Source: Camelus ferus
Lineage: Eukaryota
DNA length: 64,000 nt
Reading direction: 5' to 3'
Assembly (NCBI RefSeq): GCF_009834535.1
Contig: NC_045696.1
Coordinates: 51,090,001-51,154,000, forward strand
In this document: one piece after another, positions 40,454-53,478 of the stretch
How the letters are laid out: each line of letters starts with the position of its first letter
Numbering within the stretch: the stretch's first letter is position 1
Translations under genes and position numbers: made by a program
Notes under the pieces: generated by a model
What the model saw: only the letters and a program-made list of their open reading frames with translations
Databases searched by the model: none
What the model was told of the DNA's origin: nothing

Positions 40454-42599
40454 TCACAAGAAAGTTTTATAGTTTTAGGTTTTACATTTTGGTCTGCCAT
40501 CCATGCCTATTTATTTTGTATATGGTGCAAGATATGGATTGAAGTACCCTTTTCGCATTTATATATCAACTTGATCTACCACCAACTGTATTTTCTCCAC
40601 TAAATTGCCTTTTCACTTATATCAGGAATCAGTTTTCCATTTATGTGTGCGGTTGTATAGCCTTTTTGTGCTAATATTTGTTTGTAAAATTTAAAATAAT
40701 AGTAACAGGTGGAATAATAGGAATAAGATTTTATCTATTCTTTGTAGAATTATTTGGTGCACTAGCACTCATAATGTCAAACAAAACAACCACTAAAACT
40801 ATAACATTTATAACTTTTAACACATATTTTTCTTCTTTTATATCAGAAGGTCATTCTGTGGTGGTAATATTTGGCTTCAGCTTTGACCTCAGGTAAATAC
40901 TGATTTTTAAAATCTTGGCCATTGGGCATTAGGCCGAAATGTGTATTTAGTGCCCTTCAGAGGGGTTGTATCAATTATCACTCAGTGAATGTGAATGCCT
41001 GTTTCCCACACACCTTTACCAGTACTGTCACTAAGCGATATTTAATAATAGTCCTGCTGTGTGTCAAGGCGCTTTACTATCTAATTGTGGTGCTCATTGA
41101 ACAAAGCAAATATGGTCCCTGTTTTCCTCACACTTACAGTAGAGACAAACATTGAAAAATTCTGTTCACAGATTTTTAATTACAGCAGTGGCAAGTGCTA
41201 GAGAGGTGCAATATTGAAGGCTATGAGTGCATTCCAGGGGAAACTGGAAGTTAATTCCTTAGCAAACCATACTATTGAAAACCTCCATCTGTAATTAAGT
41301 CCTTCTCTCCCTACAGCCAATTCAGTTAAATAAATCCTGGTTATTAATCATAGAATACTAGGCAAACATGTTGAAAGGCAAATGTCTTGCCCTCTAAATT
41401 GAAAACATCTGTGCACTTTTGACTGAAGTTATAACTTAAAATCCGCATTGTGAAGTGTTTTTTCACCTATATTAATCAGGATTCTTTTCCTCTTTCATCC
41501 TCAGTTTATGCTTTACGTCATATTTTTATTGCAAAGATTTCATGAATTCCTGAGTTGGTGGTGAACCTATTTAGGGTGATGCTTTAGTTTAGTTTGTTGG
41601 CTCTTTTCTTCATAGTACATCAAATAGAAGAGTATGATATTACTGATAGTATCTTAGATTAGATGAAATATGGTATTATTTCTAGGTAGGAGAGTGTGTG
41701 TAGGGGTTGCTCCTGTGAGACAGCAGCGTAAGAGTACCCTTATGGATCCTTAGTTGGTTGCCTTACCTTGGCTTCACCTAGTCGGTGAGTTAAAGTGAAT
41801 GAAAGTATACTAGCAAAATGTAAAAATTAAAAATACTGCTTCTGAAAATAAATCCTAAGGAAAAGTATATAACAAATGCTTATTTTCTTTATTGTTTGTA
41901 TCATTTGACTACCTACATTCTTGGTAAGTTAAGATATAAAATCAGTGACTCATTTTTTCTTTGTAACCTGCAATCAAGAAATATTCTAAAAGTTCACACA
42001 AAAGTCTTATGGGTATTAATGTTAGCTTCACTATAACTTTTAACTCTTCTGTAAGTTTTATCTAAGAAATAAGAAAAATAAGAATTTCTCACTGAGATAC
42101 TGTTTTAGATAACTTCATTATTCCAAATTTATGATAGTATATTAAATAGAAATTTTCCACTGCTATTCCCTATAGCAAAATTGTGTTGAATCTGTTTTCA
42201 GTAATATTCGTATTAGTCCCAAATTTGCCCATTAACTTTGCAATTAAATTTATATATGTTTTTACTATTATAATCAGTTATTTATGTTTGTGTTATAAAT
42301 GTAGGCATTAATAAAATACAGCGTTATGTGTTGTTATTGAAAAATCTTGGTTTTTTAGGAGATAGATATTTTAGGAACAGTCAATTCATAGTTGTTTCTC
42401 TACTTCCGCTTTAGTTTGTCGATGATCTGTTACGTCATCTTTTTTCATCTCTTCCCTTTTGCCTGCATATTATCATTTGTCACTGTAATGTAGTCAGTTA
42501 ATAATAGAAAAGAGGCATCTTTTTTTTTTTTTAAGGTAATGAAGGTTAAAGCTACTGGCTAAAATAAAGTCTTCTGAATTATTTGTTATTAAAAGCTAA

Positions 42600-42700
42600 T
42601 TTTTTTAATTGAAGTACAGTCAGTTACAATGTGTCAGTTTCTGGTGTACAGCATAATGTCCCAGTCATGCATCTATTACGAACATATACATACATTCGTA
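42600..42700 (-). mobile_element. Short L1 3' end
   Basis: ttgaagtacagtcagttacaatgtgtcagtttctggtgtacagcataatgtcccagtcatg is the reverse of the 7486 element's end. Confidence 0.8.
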
Positions 42701-43649
42701 AAAGTTTATATGTTAAAATCAGACTAAATTTGGGCTTCTTTGTGCCAAAGCTCTAATCTTGAGTGGATTGCTTAAGTCTCAAAACCTGTTTCCCAATCAA
42801 ACACTTGCCTCATAGGACTGTTTTTAAGGGTTAAATGAGATGTGTTTGTTATAATGCTTGGAATGTGATATATGCTTAACAAGCAGTAGTTGATATTATT
42901 TATTCCTAATTTCAGAACATTTTATTGAGTTACTGCTGTGCAAGGCTCTATCCTACATGGAGGGAAGGGAGTAAGAAAACAATACATATACTCCTTGAAG
43001 GCAGGGATACTTGAGTCTGTTCATATGACAGTTCTACCATTGGTCATAGGCTTCGAGCCTGTAAACTCATACCATAGAACTTATACACTAAACACAGTAT
43101 TTTGTTATTCCGGTTAAAACTTTGGATTGTCACACTCAGTATAGTTCAGTTTTATTTATAAAAATTTGAAGTGGAAGGAATCTGTGATTGTTTGCTTCTA
43201 GGAATGCTATCAAAACTGTTTATGGCTAAGCTTGTCAACAAGCCATAAGCATATGTGGCTGATATGATTTGAATTCTAGCCCCCACTTAATTGTCCACTA
43301 TAACTTTTATCTTTACTATTTCTTTTACAGAAATGCCTTTATTTTGATAAATGAAGAGGTGTATGTGCCCTCAAAAATTTTTATTCTTTTAGGAATAGAT
43401 TTTTCCTGATTCTGTTAGTCCAGTTTGCCACCTGTGATTTTTCTGTACTTCCCTACGCTGATTCCCCCTTTTGTCTGCACATTTCCTTGTAGTCCATCTC
43501 AGTAATTTTTGTGAACTATTTAAGTAATGGCCTTATGTTTGCCTGTATTCTTAACCTTTTGGTCTATCCATTTAAAAAAATAGCAGTATGAAATATGTAT
43601 AGTATATAAAAATATTTATTCTTGAAACCCTTTCCTTTTTTGTTATGTT

Positions 43650-44047
43650 GGCTAATTCAGTGGACTCGTAAAGGCAACAAGAACCCAGATGCTTTCTGTC
43701 TTTCAGTTTTGCCATCCTTAGCAAGGTGGCCTATCGGCTTAGATTTGCTTTCTTTAGGATCTCACGGTGGCTGCATGTCCCATGCAGATGACCCAGTCAC
43801 GATGGAAAAGGTATTTCTCATGGCCTGTATCTTTTGAAAAAGCAAATAAATCGTTCCCAGAGGCTCCCCAACAGACTTTACCTTACTGTTTATTGGTCAG
43901 AATATCATGACATGCTCATTTCCAAACCATTCATTGGCAAGGGAACTGGAATTACCTTGAAAGCTTACCAAAATTTGAACCAATTTAGGGTTTTGCTAGC
44001 AAGATAAAAATTGGGAACTAGTTACGCTAATCAGTAATCTGCCACAT
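43650..44047 (-). mobile_element. Old MaLR (MLT1J/K-like) LTR
   Basis: cccagaggctccccaacagact...attggtcagaa...ggcaagggaactggaattacc...tctgccaca. Confidence 0.6.
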
Positions 44048-44931
44048 AAGCCTCTCTAACGGTGTTGCTAGGTAGGTAGAGTAAATAAAATGAATAGGAA
44101 AGTGCTTCACAAAATGATTTAGTACTATATAAATATAAGGTAATGTTATTTCCTGGAATTCTGCCTATTCTATACTTTTGTTATAATTTATAACAAGCAT
44201 AAAAATATTAAACAGATCATGATGCATTTCCATAGGTAAATTATGTGTGAAAACAAGTATTTGCTTTTGACCAACTAGATTCTTCATCTTAAAAAAAAAA
44301 TCTGTTATTTCCAAAGACAGTCTTCAATCAATTGGATAGAATGTATTTTTTTCAAGTGTTACGTTAAAACAATACTTCATTGTCAAAGAAGTGCCCCTGT
44401 GTCAATGAAGAATTTTGTGTGTAAATAAATATTGTCTTGGAATCTTGGTATTTAGCTTTTATATGACACGTCACTCTTGACTCTAGCAGCTCTATCATCC
44501 AACATTGGTAGTAAAAACATTCCTGGAATAGTGAAATTACTAGGTATAATGCATTAACCAGTAGCAGTTTGGAGGAGACCTTGTAAAATGGAAGGAACAA
44601 AAGCGAGCCTCTGCTGTTGGGATTTGCCACTGCAGTGTTCTGCAGTGTGTGGGAGAGACTGATGACTCATTAGATCAGATGGTTGCCTGTGCTATCTGGA
44701 TTTTTCCCCTTCTATAGCAGGGTATTTTTTTTTTCCTCAATCTTTCACAAATATGAGGGTAAGGGGTTTCAGTGTGTGACTATTAGAATCTTGGCTGTAA
44801 ATTGCATTTACTTTTTATCCTCAAAATAGGAGTCCAACAGCTAAAGGTAAATTTTAAAAAATACAATCATTAAGTTGATTTCTCTGAGTGCAGCTATATA
44901 TACTACATGTTTTCATGAAGAAACTATTTTT

Positions 44932-45069
44932 TGGGGGTAGGGGAGATAATTAGGTTAATTTATTTTTGTTATTATTATTATTATTATTTTAATAGAGCTA
45001 TTGGGGATTGAACCCAGGATCTCATGCATGCTAAGCAAGCACTCTACCACTGAGCTATACCCTCCCCCT
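44932..45069 (-). mobile_element. tRNA-derived SINE
   Basis: Intact A and B boxes; flanking aactattttt at 44922 and 45076. Confidence 0.87.
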
Positions 45070-46210
45070 GAAAGCAACTATTTTTAAAGTAGGTATCATG
45101 CTTTTATTTTTTAGATTGAGAGTAACAATAATAGCTGCATATTGTATTAGAAAGGAATTATTAAGTAGCATATAAAATTTCATGTAGCATTAAATCATAT
45201 CATGGTAGTTTGGATTGTATGGAGATTTGGCATTAGATTAAATTTCAATATAATCCAACTTAAAATATAATTTGCTTATTGCAAGTTAAAACATTTTAGG
45301 AGGTTATTGTCTTAACATTTTTAAAAGCCTGTGCCTTTTCATATAGAAGCATAAGCATTTAATGGTGAAGCACAAGGTTTTAGTGGGGCATTTTTATTTC
45401 ACTGTTTTCATAGATAACAATGAAGGGTGATTAATGGATATAAATTAGTATGTTGTGTGGCCATGCCTATCAAACTGCTATATGCTTTGCCCTATTCAGT
45501 TGCTAAGTCAGTATAATATATCTATCTAATTTATCATTTTTATTTTATTGTGAGGAAGAAGCACTTTCACATTTTTCTTATAAAACAGATATTGTATATG
45601 ATGAAGTAGAGTGCAAAACTTGTTTGGATTAAGAGAATTTATAAGAACATACAAAATCCCAGCTAAAACTGCTATAACATCTTACTGTCTGTCAAGATTC
45701 TGGAAGGTGGTGGGAAGGTATTCATTTTCATGTTTACTTGTTTTTCTGCAGTTGGGGTGCTTTGGTGAAAAAGCTTTAGAAGTGCAATAGGAACCCTTAT
45801 TTCAGTGCTGTGGGAACTGCAAATTGTAATGTTCAGAGAGCCTGTTACCTTGGAGCAATCCTTGGAAGTTTCTCAAAATGTTTAAATGTTAAAAAGTTGG
45901 AACCTGAAACTTTTGGACCAAAGAAAACACATTTTCCAACTCTATCAGAAAATAGTACTTGAGGCTTCTTTTCCTGTAACTACTGGTGTTGGGCTCTATG
46001 TAGGGTTTATGTTGAAGGAGGAGGAGCAAGTTCTTTGTAGAAATGAAGGCTTTCTTTGTACGGGGACCTGAGCTCTATACTCGTTACCTGAGTTAACCTG
46101 ATGTAACTAATTTCAAAATAACTAAGAAGACAGGACAAAAATTGTAGTACTTCAAATGTGAGTCTTAAGTTTCAGTTACATAAGGAGTAATCAGTTTGTT
46201 CGTTATTTAA

Positions 46211-47059
46211 TTATTTATTTTTATTTTTTTATTTTATTTTTTAAACATTTTTTTACTGAGTTATAGTCATTTTACAATCTTGTGTCAATTTCCAGTGTAG
46301 AGCACAATTTTTCAGTTATACTTAAACATACATATATTCATTGTCACATTTTTTTCGCTGTGAACTACCACAAGATCTTGTATATATTTTCCTGTGCTAT
46401 ACCGTATAATCTTGTTTATCTATTCTGCATACACCTGTCAGTATCTACAGATTTTGAAATCCTGGTCTGTCCTTTTCCACCCTCCGCCCCCTTGGCAATC
46501 ACAAGTTTGTAAGTTTGTATTCTATGTTAAGTCTATTTCTGTTTTGTATTTATGTTCTTTTTTTTTTTTTTTTTTTTAGATTCCACATATGAGTGATCTC
46601 ATATGGTATTTTTCTTTCTCTTTCTGGCTTACTTCACTTAGAATGACATTCTCCAGAGACATCCATGTTGCTGCAAATGGTGTTATGTTGTCAGTTTTTA
46701 TGGCTGAGTAGTATTCCATTGTATAAATATACCACATCTTCTTTATCCAGTCATCTGTTGATGGACATTTAGGCTGTTTCCATGTCTTGGCTATTGTAAA
46801 TAGTGCTGCTATAAACATTGGGGTGCAGGTGTCCTTTTGAATTAGGGTTCCTTCTGGATATATGCCCAGGAGCAGGATTACTGGGTCATATGGCATATCA
46901 CTTCACACCAGTCAGAATGGCCGTCATTCAAAAGTCCACAAATGACAAACGCTGGAGAGGCTGTGGAGAAAGGGGAACCCTCCTACACTGCTGGTGGGAA
47001 TGCAGCTTGGTGCAGCCACTGTGGAGAATGGAGATTCCTCAAAAGACTAGGAATAGTTT
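46211..47059 (-). mobile_element. Young L1 with 5' inversion
   Basis: Minus segment 46211-46895 and plus segment 46896-47056; 18-bp TSD with one mismatch. Confidence 0.92.
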
Positions 47060-47079
47060 AGTTTGTTCATTATTTAAGT

Positions 47080-47460
47080 ATTCTGGTTTCTCTGGAATCA
47101 GGTGTCAAGAGGGAGTCTGGTATGTAGGATGTTTCTTAGGGATCAACACATGTGAAAGGAAGGGACAGAAGCAAAGTTGGGCAGGGGAAGAAGTTGGAAT
47201 GCAATGCAAGCCTGATAAAGCCTCAGCCAATTGGGTGGGGTATGTGGAGTGAGTATTTATTGCTTGTAAGAGTGTCCCACATTGGGCTGACGTGGTGGAG
47301 TTTTTATACCAGTCTTTTATGCTCTGTGAAGAGTGTGAATGTGGACAAGGCACCTCTCTGCATCTGAGGCCGACCCTGAAGGGCTGACACCTGTTGGCTA
47401 TCTACTGACAACCCTCCCCGTCCTTCCTTGAAGAGGAATCTGGGTGTTGCATCTCTGTAT
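47080..47460. mobile_element. ERVL LTR16-like relic
   Basis: ttagggatcaacacatgtgaaaggaaggg...ttgggcaggggaagaagttg...aaagcctcagccaa. Confidence 0.6.
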
Positions 47461-47569
47461 CTGATAAGACATGTCTTAAGGCAGAGATGGTTGTCCTCTG
47501 TACCATGAAGGATTGTTTGGATGCATACAATAGAAATCAGTGTAGTTAATTTAGAAGTCACAGAAGGCA

Positions 47570-47710
47570 AGTGCTTAAAGAGCATCGGCTTTGGAATCAG
47601 ACTGCCTCAGTTCATAATCCCACCTTTATTTGCTGGTTTTGTGATCTTGGGCAAAGTTACTTGCATCTCTAGTCTTTAGTTTCCCCATTTATGAAGTGGA
47701 GGTGGTATTA
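47570..47710 (+). mobile_element. MIR relic
   Basis: ggctttggaatcagactgcc...tgtgatcttgggcaaagttactt...agtttccccattt. Confidence 0.7.
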
Positions 47711-48214
47711 GGGGGTATGGAGTTACTCTGCAACTGTTCCCTAAGTGCTTATTCCTGGCCCAGGCACTGTTTTATTTGCCCTCATGAAACTTGGCATTCT
47801 GGAGAGTGTACAGACAAAAAACAAATAAATTAAAAAGAAAAATTATATTCCTTCAGGTGCTATGAAGAAAAGCAGGGTAAGAGAATTGAGGACGACAGTG
47901 GGAAGAGGGGGCTATTTCATGGGAGTGAGGAGAAAACATTCTAGACAGGCACAGCAAGTGTAAAAGTCTGAGTCGCTGGAGCCAAGATTAAAATTTAACA
48001 TGTTAAAACATTTAAAGTGGACAAAAGTGCTTGGAGTTCCTGCATTTTATACTTTAAAAACTGGTATTTTTATAATTTTCTTATTTTTTCCTGAAAGATC
48101 TTTTAAGAGCTCGTTTTAGGATGTATTTGCAAACACTTCTCTGCATAAAACACAGTGGGATACAAAAAGTAAAATTACTCGTAACCATCATATTTTTCTC
48201 CTCTTAACATTGAC

Positions 48215-48622
48215 CTTTTTTTTTCCTTCTAGTTTTCTGCTTATTGACTATATTCCCCACACTGTACATTTCATGCCTGTGACTCATTTATTTTGCAACT
48301 GAAAGTCTGTGCCTCTTAATCTCGCATTTCTTTCCTCCTCCCACTTCTCTCTCCCCTCTGGCAACCACCTGTTTGTTCACTTTGGAATGTTGATTTGTTT
48401 TTTAAATTCCACATATAAGTGAAATCATCGAGTATTTGTCTTCTTCTGTCTGGTATATTTCACTAAGCATAATACCCTCTGAGTCCATCCATGTCATCAC
48501 AGGTGACAAAATTTCATTCTTTTTTACAATACCCCATTGTGTGTGTATATATATTTTACATATATATATACACACACATGTACTGATGGGCACTTAGGTT
48601 ACTTTCATATCTTGACTGTTGT
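48215..48622 (-). mobile_element. L1 3' UTR fragment
   Basis: Shares ttattgactatattccccacactgtacattt with the 33985 element; flanking aacattgac repeats. Confidence 0.8.
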
Positions 48623-51463
48623 AAACATTGACTTTTAAAAAAGTAGAATAATCTTGATTTGCTATGTAAGACTATTAATCAGATGAATGCAAATTTATGG
48701 ATCTGGTGAAAAGCAGATAGATACTCAGATACTAAGTAAATTTATAGAATTATGAGTTAGGCTGTCGATTCTCTTCCTGGTATGATGTCACTGTTCCAGA
48801 TACCTGCTGTCTTTGGAGTAAATTAACCAATATATGCCTAAAACTAAAGTTAAAAACTATAGAATCATCAGTTTCCTATGATGGCTAGGATTATTCAGCT
48901 GAATGATAAGTCTACAAGGTATCTGACTCATGGACAAATTCATTTGATTTCCACTAATTATTGCTCGTAACATTTGGAGCTTCTCACTGTTGTTTTAAAG
49001 AGAAAATGTGTAAATACCTATTTTAAAAAATCAGAATAGATACCATTATTACCTCATGAACTCTCTAGGACACCTTCATGAACCCTAGGAGATTTGAAGC
49101 ATCTGTAAGGAAGATCTACGGTATATTCTAATGCCTCCTTGTTCATCTTTCAAATTTCAACTTAGCCTCCTCTAATCATGCTTGTCCTGACTTGAGTCTA
49201 GGTTAGATGCCTCTGCTTTGTGCCCTTCTAAATCAGCCTGCACTGTTCTTATGAGAGCATGTTTGTCACTTTGTAACTACTTTTGCCTTTTTATCTACCA
49301 GACCAGAAGCTCCTTGAAGGAGAGATTGTGTCTACTTACTCCATCATATTCTTAGGCTATAATATAGCACCTGGCACATCATCAATGCTTAAAATAAAAT
49401 CTACTTAGTTTTAGAAAATAAAGTTACAGTAAAATATACATACTAGCTAAGAAAAAAAAAAAACTAACCAAGTGACTAGATTTGGTTCAAGTAACAAGAA
49501 AATAAATATATTAAGCACTTTTTAGAAATTAGGCAGTATTAGCTTGTACTAACAGAATAAAGTTAATAGCCATGAGTATTACTTTTCTGTCAGGCTTACT
49601 GTTAGGTGTTTCACATCAACCCTAATAGATTTTACAGATGAAATGAGGCTCGAAAGATTGAAAGAATTTGATTTGCTCAAGGACACAACTTATAAATTCA
49701 TACTCAATTTGTCTGACTCAAAGCCTTGGTCTGTTTTTCAATGTAAAGAAGCAGCAAGAACAGATGAAGAGGTACTCTTCAGTACTTAAATAACGTTTAG
49801 AATACAGTTTTTAATTTTGTTTGCTCTGTTTTAAAAGGAATATTGACATCATGAAATACTTCCAGAATAGGATAGCCTCAGGGGAGAAGGATCTGAAAGA
49901 AGATTGTCCTTTGAGGGACAGCTGAAGACCACTAAAGAATTTCCATGGAAAGGGAACATACTCTGTGTGGCCACAGTAGTTGGAAGAAATAAGGCCAGAG
50001 GGTAGAAGTTATGGGGAAGTAGATTAGAGCAGATTTCTAAAAATAGAATTGAAGCCCTGTTTAAATTGTAGGTATTACTGATGGAATTTTTGTAAGCATT
50101 TTACATGGAACATTTTTGACAAATTGTGATTTAGTCATAATTCTGGGATAGGTGGTATTTTCAAATGAAGATATTAAGAAAGTTCAATTTATCCACCATC
50201 TCCTGCAACATGTCACTGGTAGAATCAGGATATTTCCTAAGTCTGCTGACTCAGTATTTCATGCTATTTCCACTTAAACAGGCAGATGACTGTGTATCAT
50301 GCATGCTTTGTACGAAATGCCCTACAAATTTGGGAAAGAAGTTAGACTGTATGGTTATCAAGTTCTCTTCTGACTTTGAAAATCTTTGATTTTCTGAAGA
50401 TTGAAATTTGACCTCATTTGCTTGTTGACCACTTCTTTAATGACTTTGCCCAACTCTTTTACCAAATGTTTTCATCTTTAGACTTTGGTTTTTTCCTTAT
50501 TATCTAAGTAGTTTCTAGAAAAACTTGTTTCATCTTTTTATATTCGAATCATTCGCAGTCTCATTCCTGCTTACTCAACAGTCCCTTCCACGCATCTTTA
50601 GGAGCCTGGAAAATCCTAGTAAGCCAATTTCCCCTTTTCTTTATTTACTTCCTCCCTCAAATGCTCTTCCAATTTTATCTTCCTAATGGAACCAAAATCT
50701 TTGCCTCCTTTTTTTTTGACATTGTGGTGGCAGTATCAGGTTTATTTTTTCTGATGTCATAATACGCACTAACTTCATCTTTATCAATAAATTACCAACA
50801 TGGTGCTAAGTCTCTGTCTTATCATCGATATCGTCTTTAAGTTATTGGTACTTGCCTCTTTGATCATATTCTCACTTGGAAGTTCTCCCATATCTCCATG
50901 TGGTTTTTCTCTTTAACTGTTTTTACTCTTGGCTTGTTTCTTTAATCACTAGATTCTTCCCTCAGTCCTGTCCATCAGACAGACCCTTCTGACCACACTA
51001 AGTGTATTAAACGAGAATTCCACTGTTAATGACTTTATTGTTAATTCGTTGATACCTTAGTTAATGGATTACAAATTGTGTTCCATGGAGCTTCCTTCAG
51101 GGGCTCCAGAAAGACTGAAAAACGCTACTCAGCCCTTCCTGAATTAATCCCCAAGGCTCAGCACTTGGTTTTCTTCTTTCTGTATTCTTTCTATCTGGGC
51201 TCAACTCAGCTTTGAAACTTACTTTCCCCTCACCTGTTCCCCCCTCTCATCCCCATTGGTTTACACTTTACCCACATCCGAATCAGTTTTAACTCTGCTC
51301 CCAAAGTGTTGTCATTTTGAACACTTAAGTCATTTTGCCTTATGGTACAGTTGTTTAAAGCCAGTGGAAGCTCCTTTTACTCACAATCCTTATTCCCTAA
51401 GTTTAACCCAGTGCCTTTTCCTTGGTGGGGACTCAATAAACACTTAATAAAGTGAATTCCATT

Positions 51464-52061
51464 TGTTACCGAATTAAGTAAGGATCCCTGTTTGGGCTCT
51501 AGCCTAGCCTAGGCCCTCTGCCTGCCTCTGTAGGGAATTGTTCGTGCAGCCAAGAGTGAAAGGGAAGTTGAGATTGAAGCAGGGCAAGGTTTTAGTCAAT
51601 GGCCAGAGAATTGAGAAGCAGGAACTTAGTTTACAAATCAACTTCTCCCCTTAATAGCTAGAGGGATTCGCTTTTAGAGAGGAAGGACAGTGGGGGTAGA
51701 AGTGAGACTAATGATGGGGAGGCATATGCATTAGTTTTCTAGGAAAGAGGCAGGGTTTTCCTGGAAATGGGGTGCTACCCCTTTTCTGTCCTTTTTTGGT
51801 CGGTGACTTTCCATCTTGGCTGCCAGTAGGTGTGTCACTAGGACACTGATGTAGTAAAATCAGTGTAGAATGAGACTCAGAGTCTGTCGGAGGTCAGATT
51901 CATCTCTGTCTTCGTTTCATTTGGTTCTGTCTGGTTTTGTTTTTCTCTTTCTATGGCTTCCTTTCTTTGTGTCCAGAACCGGTGATTTAAAGATGTTATG
52001 TTAGTTCCTGTTCAAGGGAGGGGTTGGTGGTTTTCAGCAATGGTCTGGTAGTGCTGTGACA
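51464..52061. mobile_element. Probable solo ERV LTR (~600 bp)
   Basis: Termini TGTTAC...GTGACA form an imperfect inverted repeat; GC-richer than flanks; no clear TSD. Confidence 0.5.
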
Positions 52062-52819
52062 CTCAACCAATAACTATTTCCAGAGCTTTTCAACTTCTCA
52101 CAATGCCTGCATTCCCTCCCCTACTCTGATATAATATATGAATTAAACATCATTCTTCTCCTAACAGTTCTTCCTCAATCTTTGGTTATTTCCTATTGTT
52201 TGTAGGATAAAGTGCACCAGGCATTCAATTTAAGACCAACAAATTAGTCTCTCTGCCTTTGCATCCTTATTTCTCACTAACTGTTAACTGTTCCTGAATG
52301 GAATTTTATTTCCATTCTTCTGTTCTTGTTATTTCCCCACCTGGAATGCCTTTGCTCTCTGTCTTTTCTTAGTTTAGGCTAATTTTACCTGACCTTCAAG
52401 ATGTCTTCCCTAAACAGTCTACTCCCTGAACTTTTAGTAAATAAGTCTATTATTTGGCACTTTATCACATATTGATCTGTGACCCTTTATGTTTGTTTGG
52501 AGACATTATTTAGCTTTTTGTATATATATATAAAATATATATATTTTATCTCCATTATTAAATTGTTAATAATTATATGTTAGACCAGCAGTCACAAAGC
52601 AACTTTCTACTTTGGGATCTGTAACCAGTTTTCCATCTGGACCTAAATAGAAGTCTTTAGGTTTTTCAGATTACACATCTATACAATAAAGACGTTGAAT
52701 TTCTTAAACTGTTCTGTATTGTGCTGAAAAAAGGAAAAAAGGGGGGGGGGGATGAACCAGAAAAAATTTAAAGATAGATTATTCATTTAAAATTTTTAAT
52801 GTAAGATATAATGTTTTAG

Positions 52820-53140
52820 ATGGTAAAAAATAAAGTAGTGAAAGAGGAGGGAGTCATGCTGCAATTTTAAGTAGTTGGGCGAATAGTCAGAGAAGCCTCT
52901 CAGAGGAGGGGACTTCTGAGTGAAGACCTGAAGATGGTTACAGATGCTGGTATCTGAGAGCAGAGTACTGTAGGCAGGAGGAACAAGATGTACAGAGACC
53001 CTGAGGCAGAATGTGTGTGTGTTTTGAGAAATAGCAAAGACTTCCGTGTTTATGCAGCATGATTAAGAGGAAGAGTCAGGGAGATAATGGGAGGGCAGGA
53101 TGTTGTAGGGCTAGATAAGCCATTGGAAAGACTTCACATT
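52820..53140 (-). mobile_element. L2 relic
   Basis: gtcagagaagcctctcagagg...tgagtgaagacctgaagatg...ccctgaggcagaatgtg. Confidence 0.65.
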
Positions 53141-53382
53141 GTTTGTTACACTCCTTGGTATTTTGTATGGAATATCTTGCATAGGGATATATAATCCTGA
53201 ATTTTAATAACTGTAGACCATCCAGGAATGAGGTACTTTTAACCAAATCTTACGAATTTTATATTATCTTTTACTTTGAATAAATGGTAATTACTCAAGA
53301 ATACAGCAGTTTACTACCTATATTGGTTCTTTTGCTTTAAGGTTTGTAATTATACTTTTTTTTCCTTTTTTACCATAGTTAA

Positions 53383-53478
<96 letters not shown>

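Larger units (their letters stand above)
38720..40670 (-). mobile_element. Old L1 fragment hosting a SINE and a young L1
   Basis: Continuous antisense L1 motifs once the inserts are removed. Confidence 0.75.

Noticed and set aside
46576..47252. 106-aa and 144-aa ORFs
   Set aside because: L1 ORF2 C-terminal remnant and an inversion-junction read-through, not host genes.
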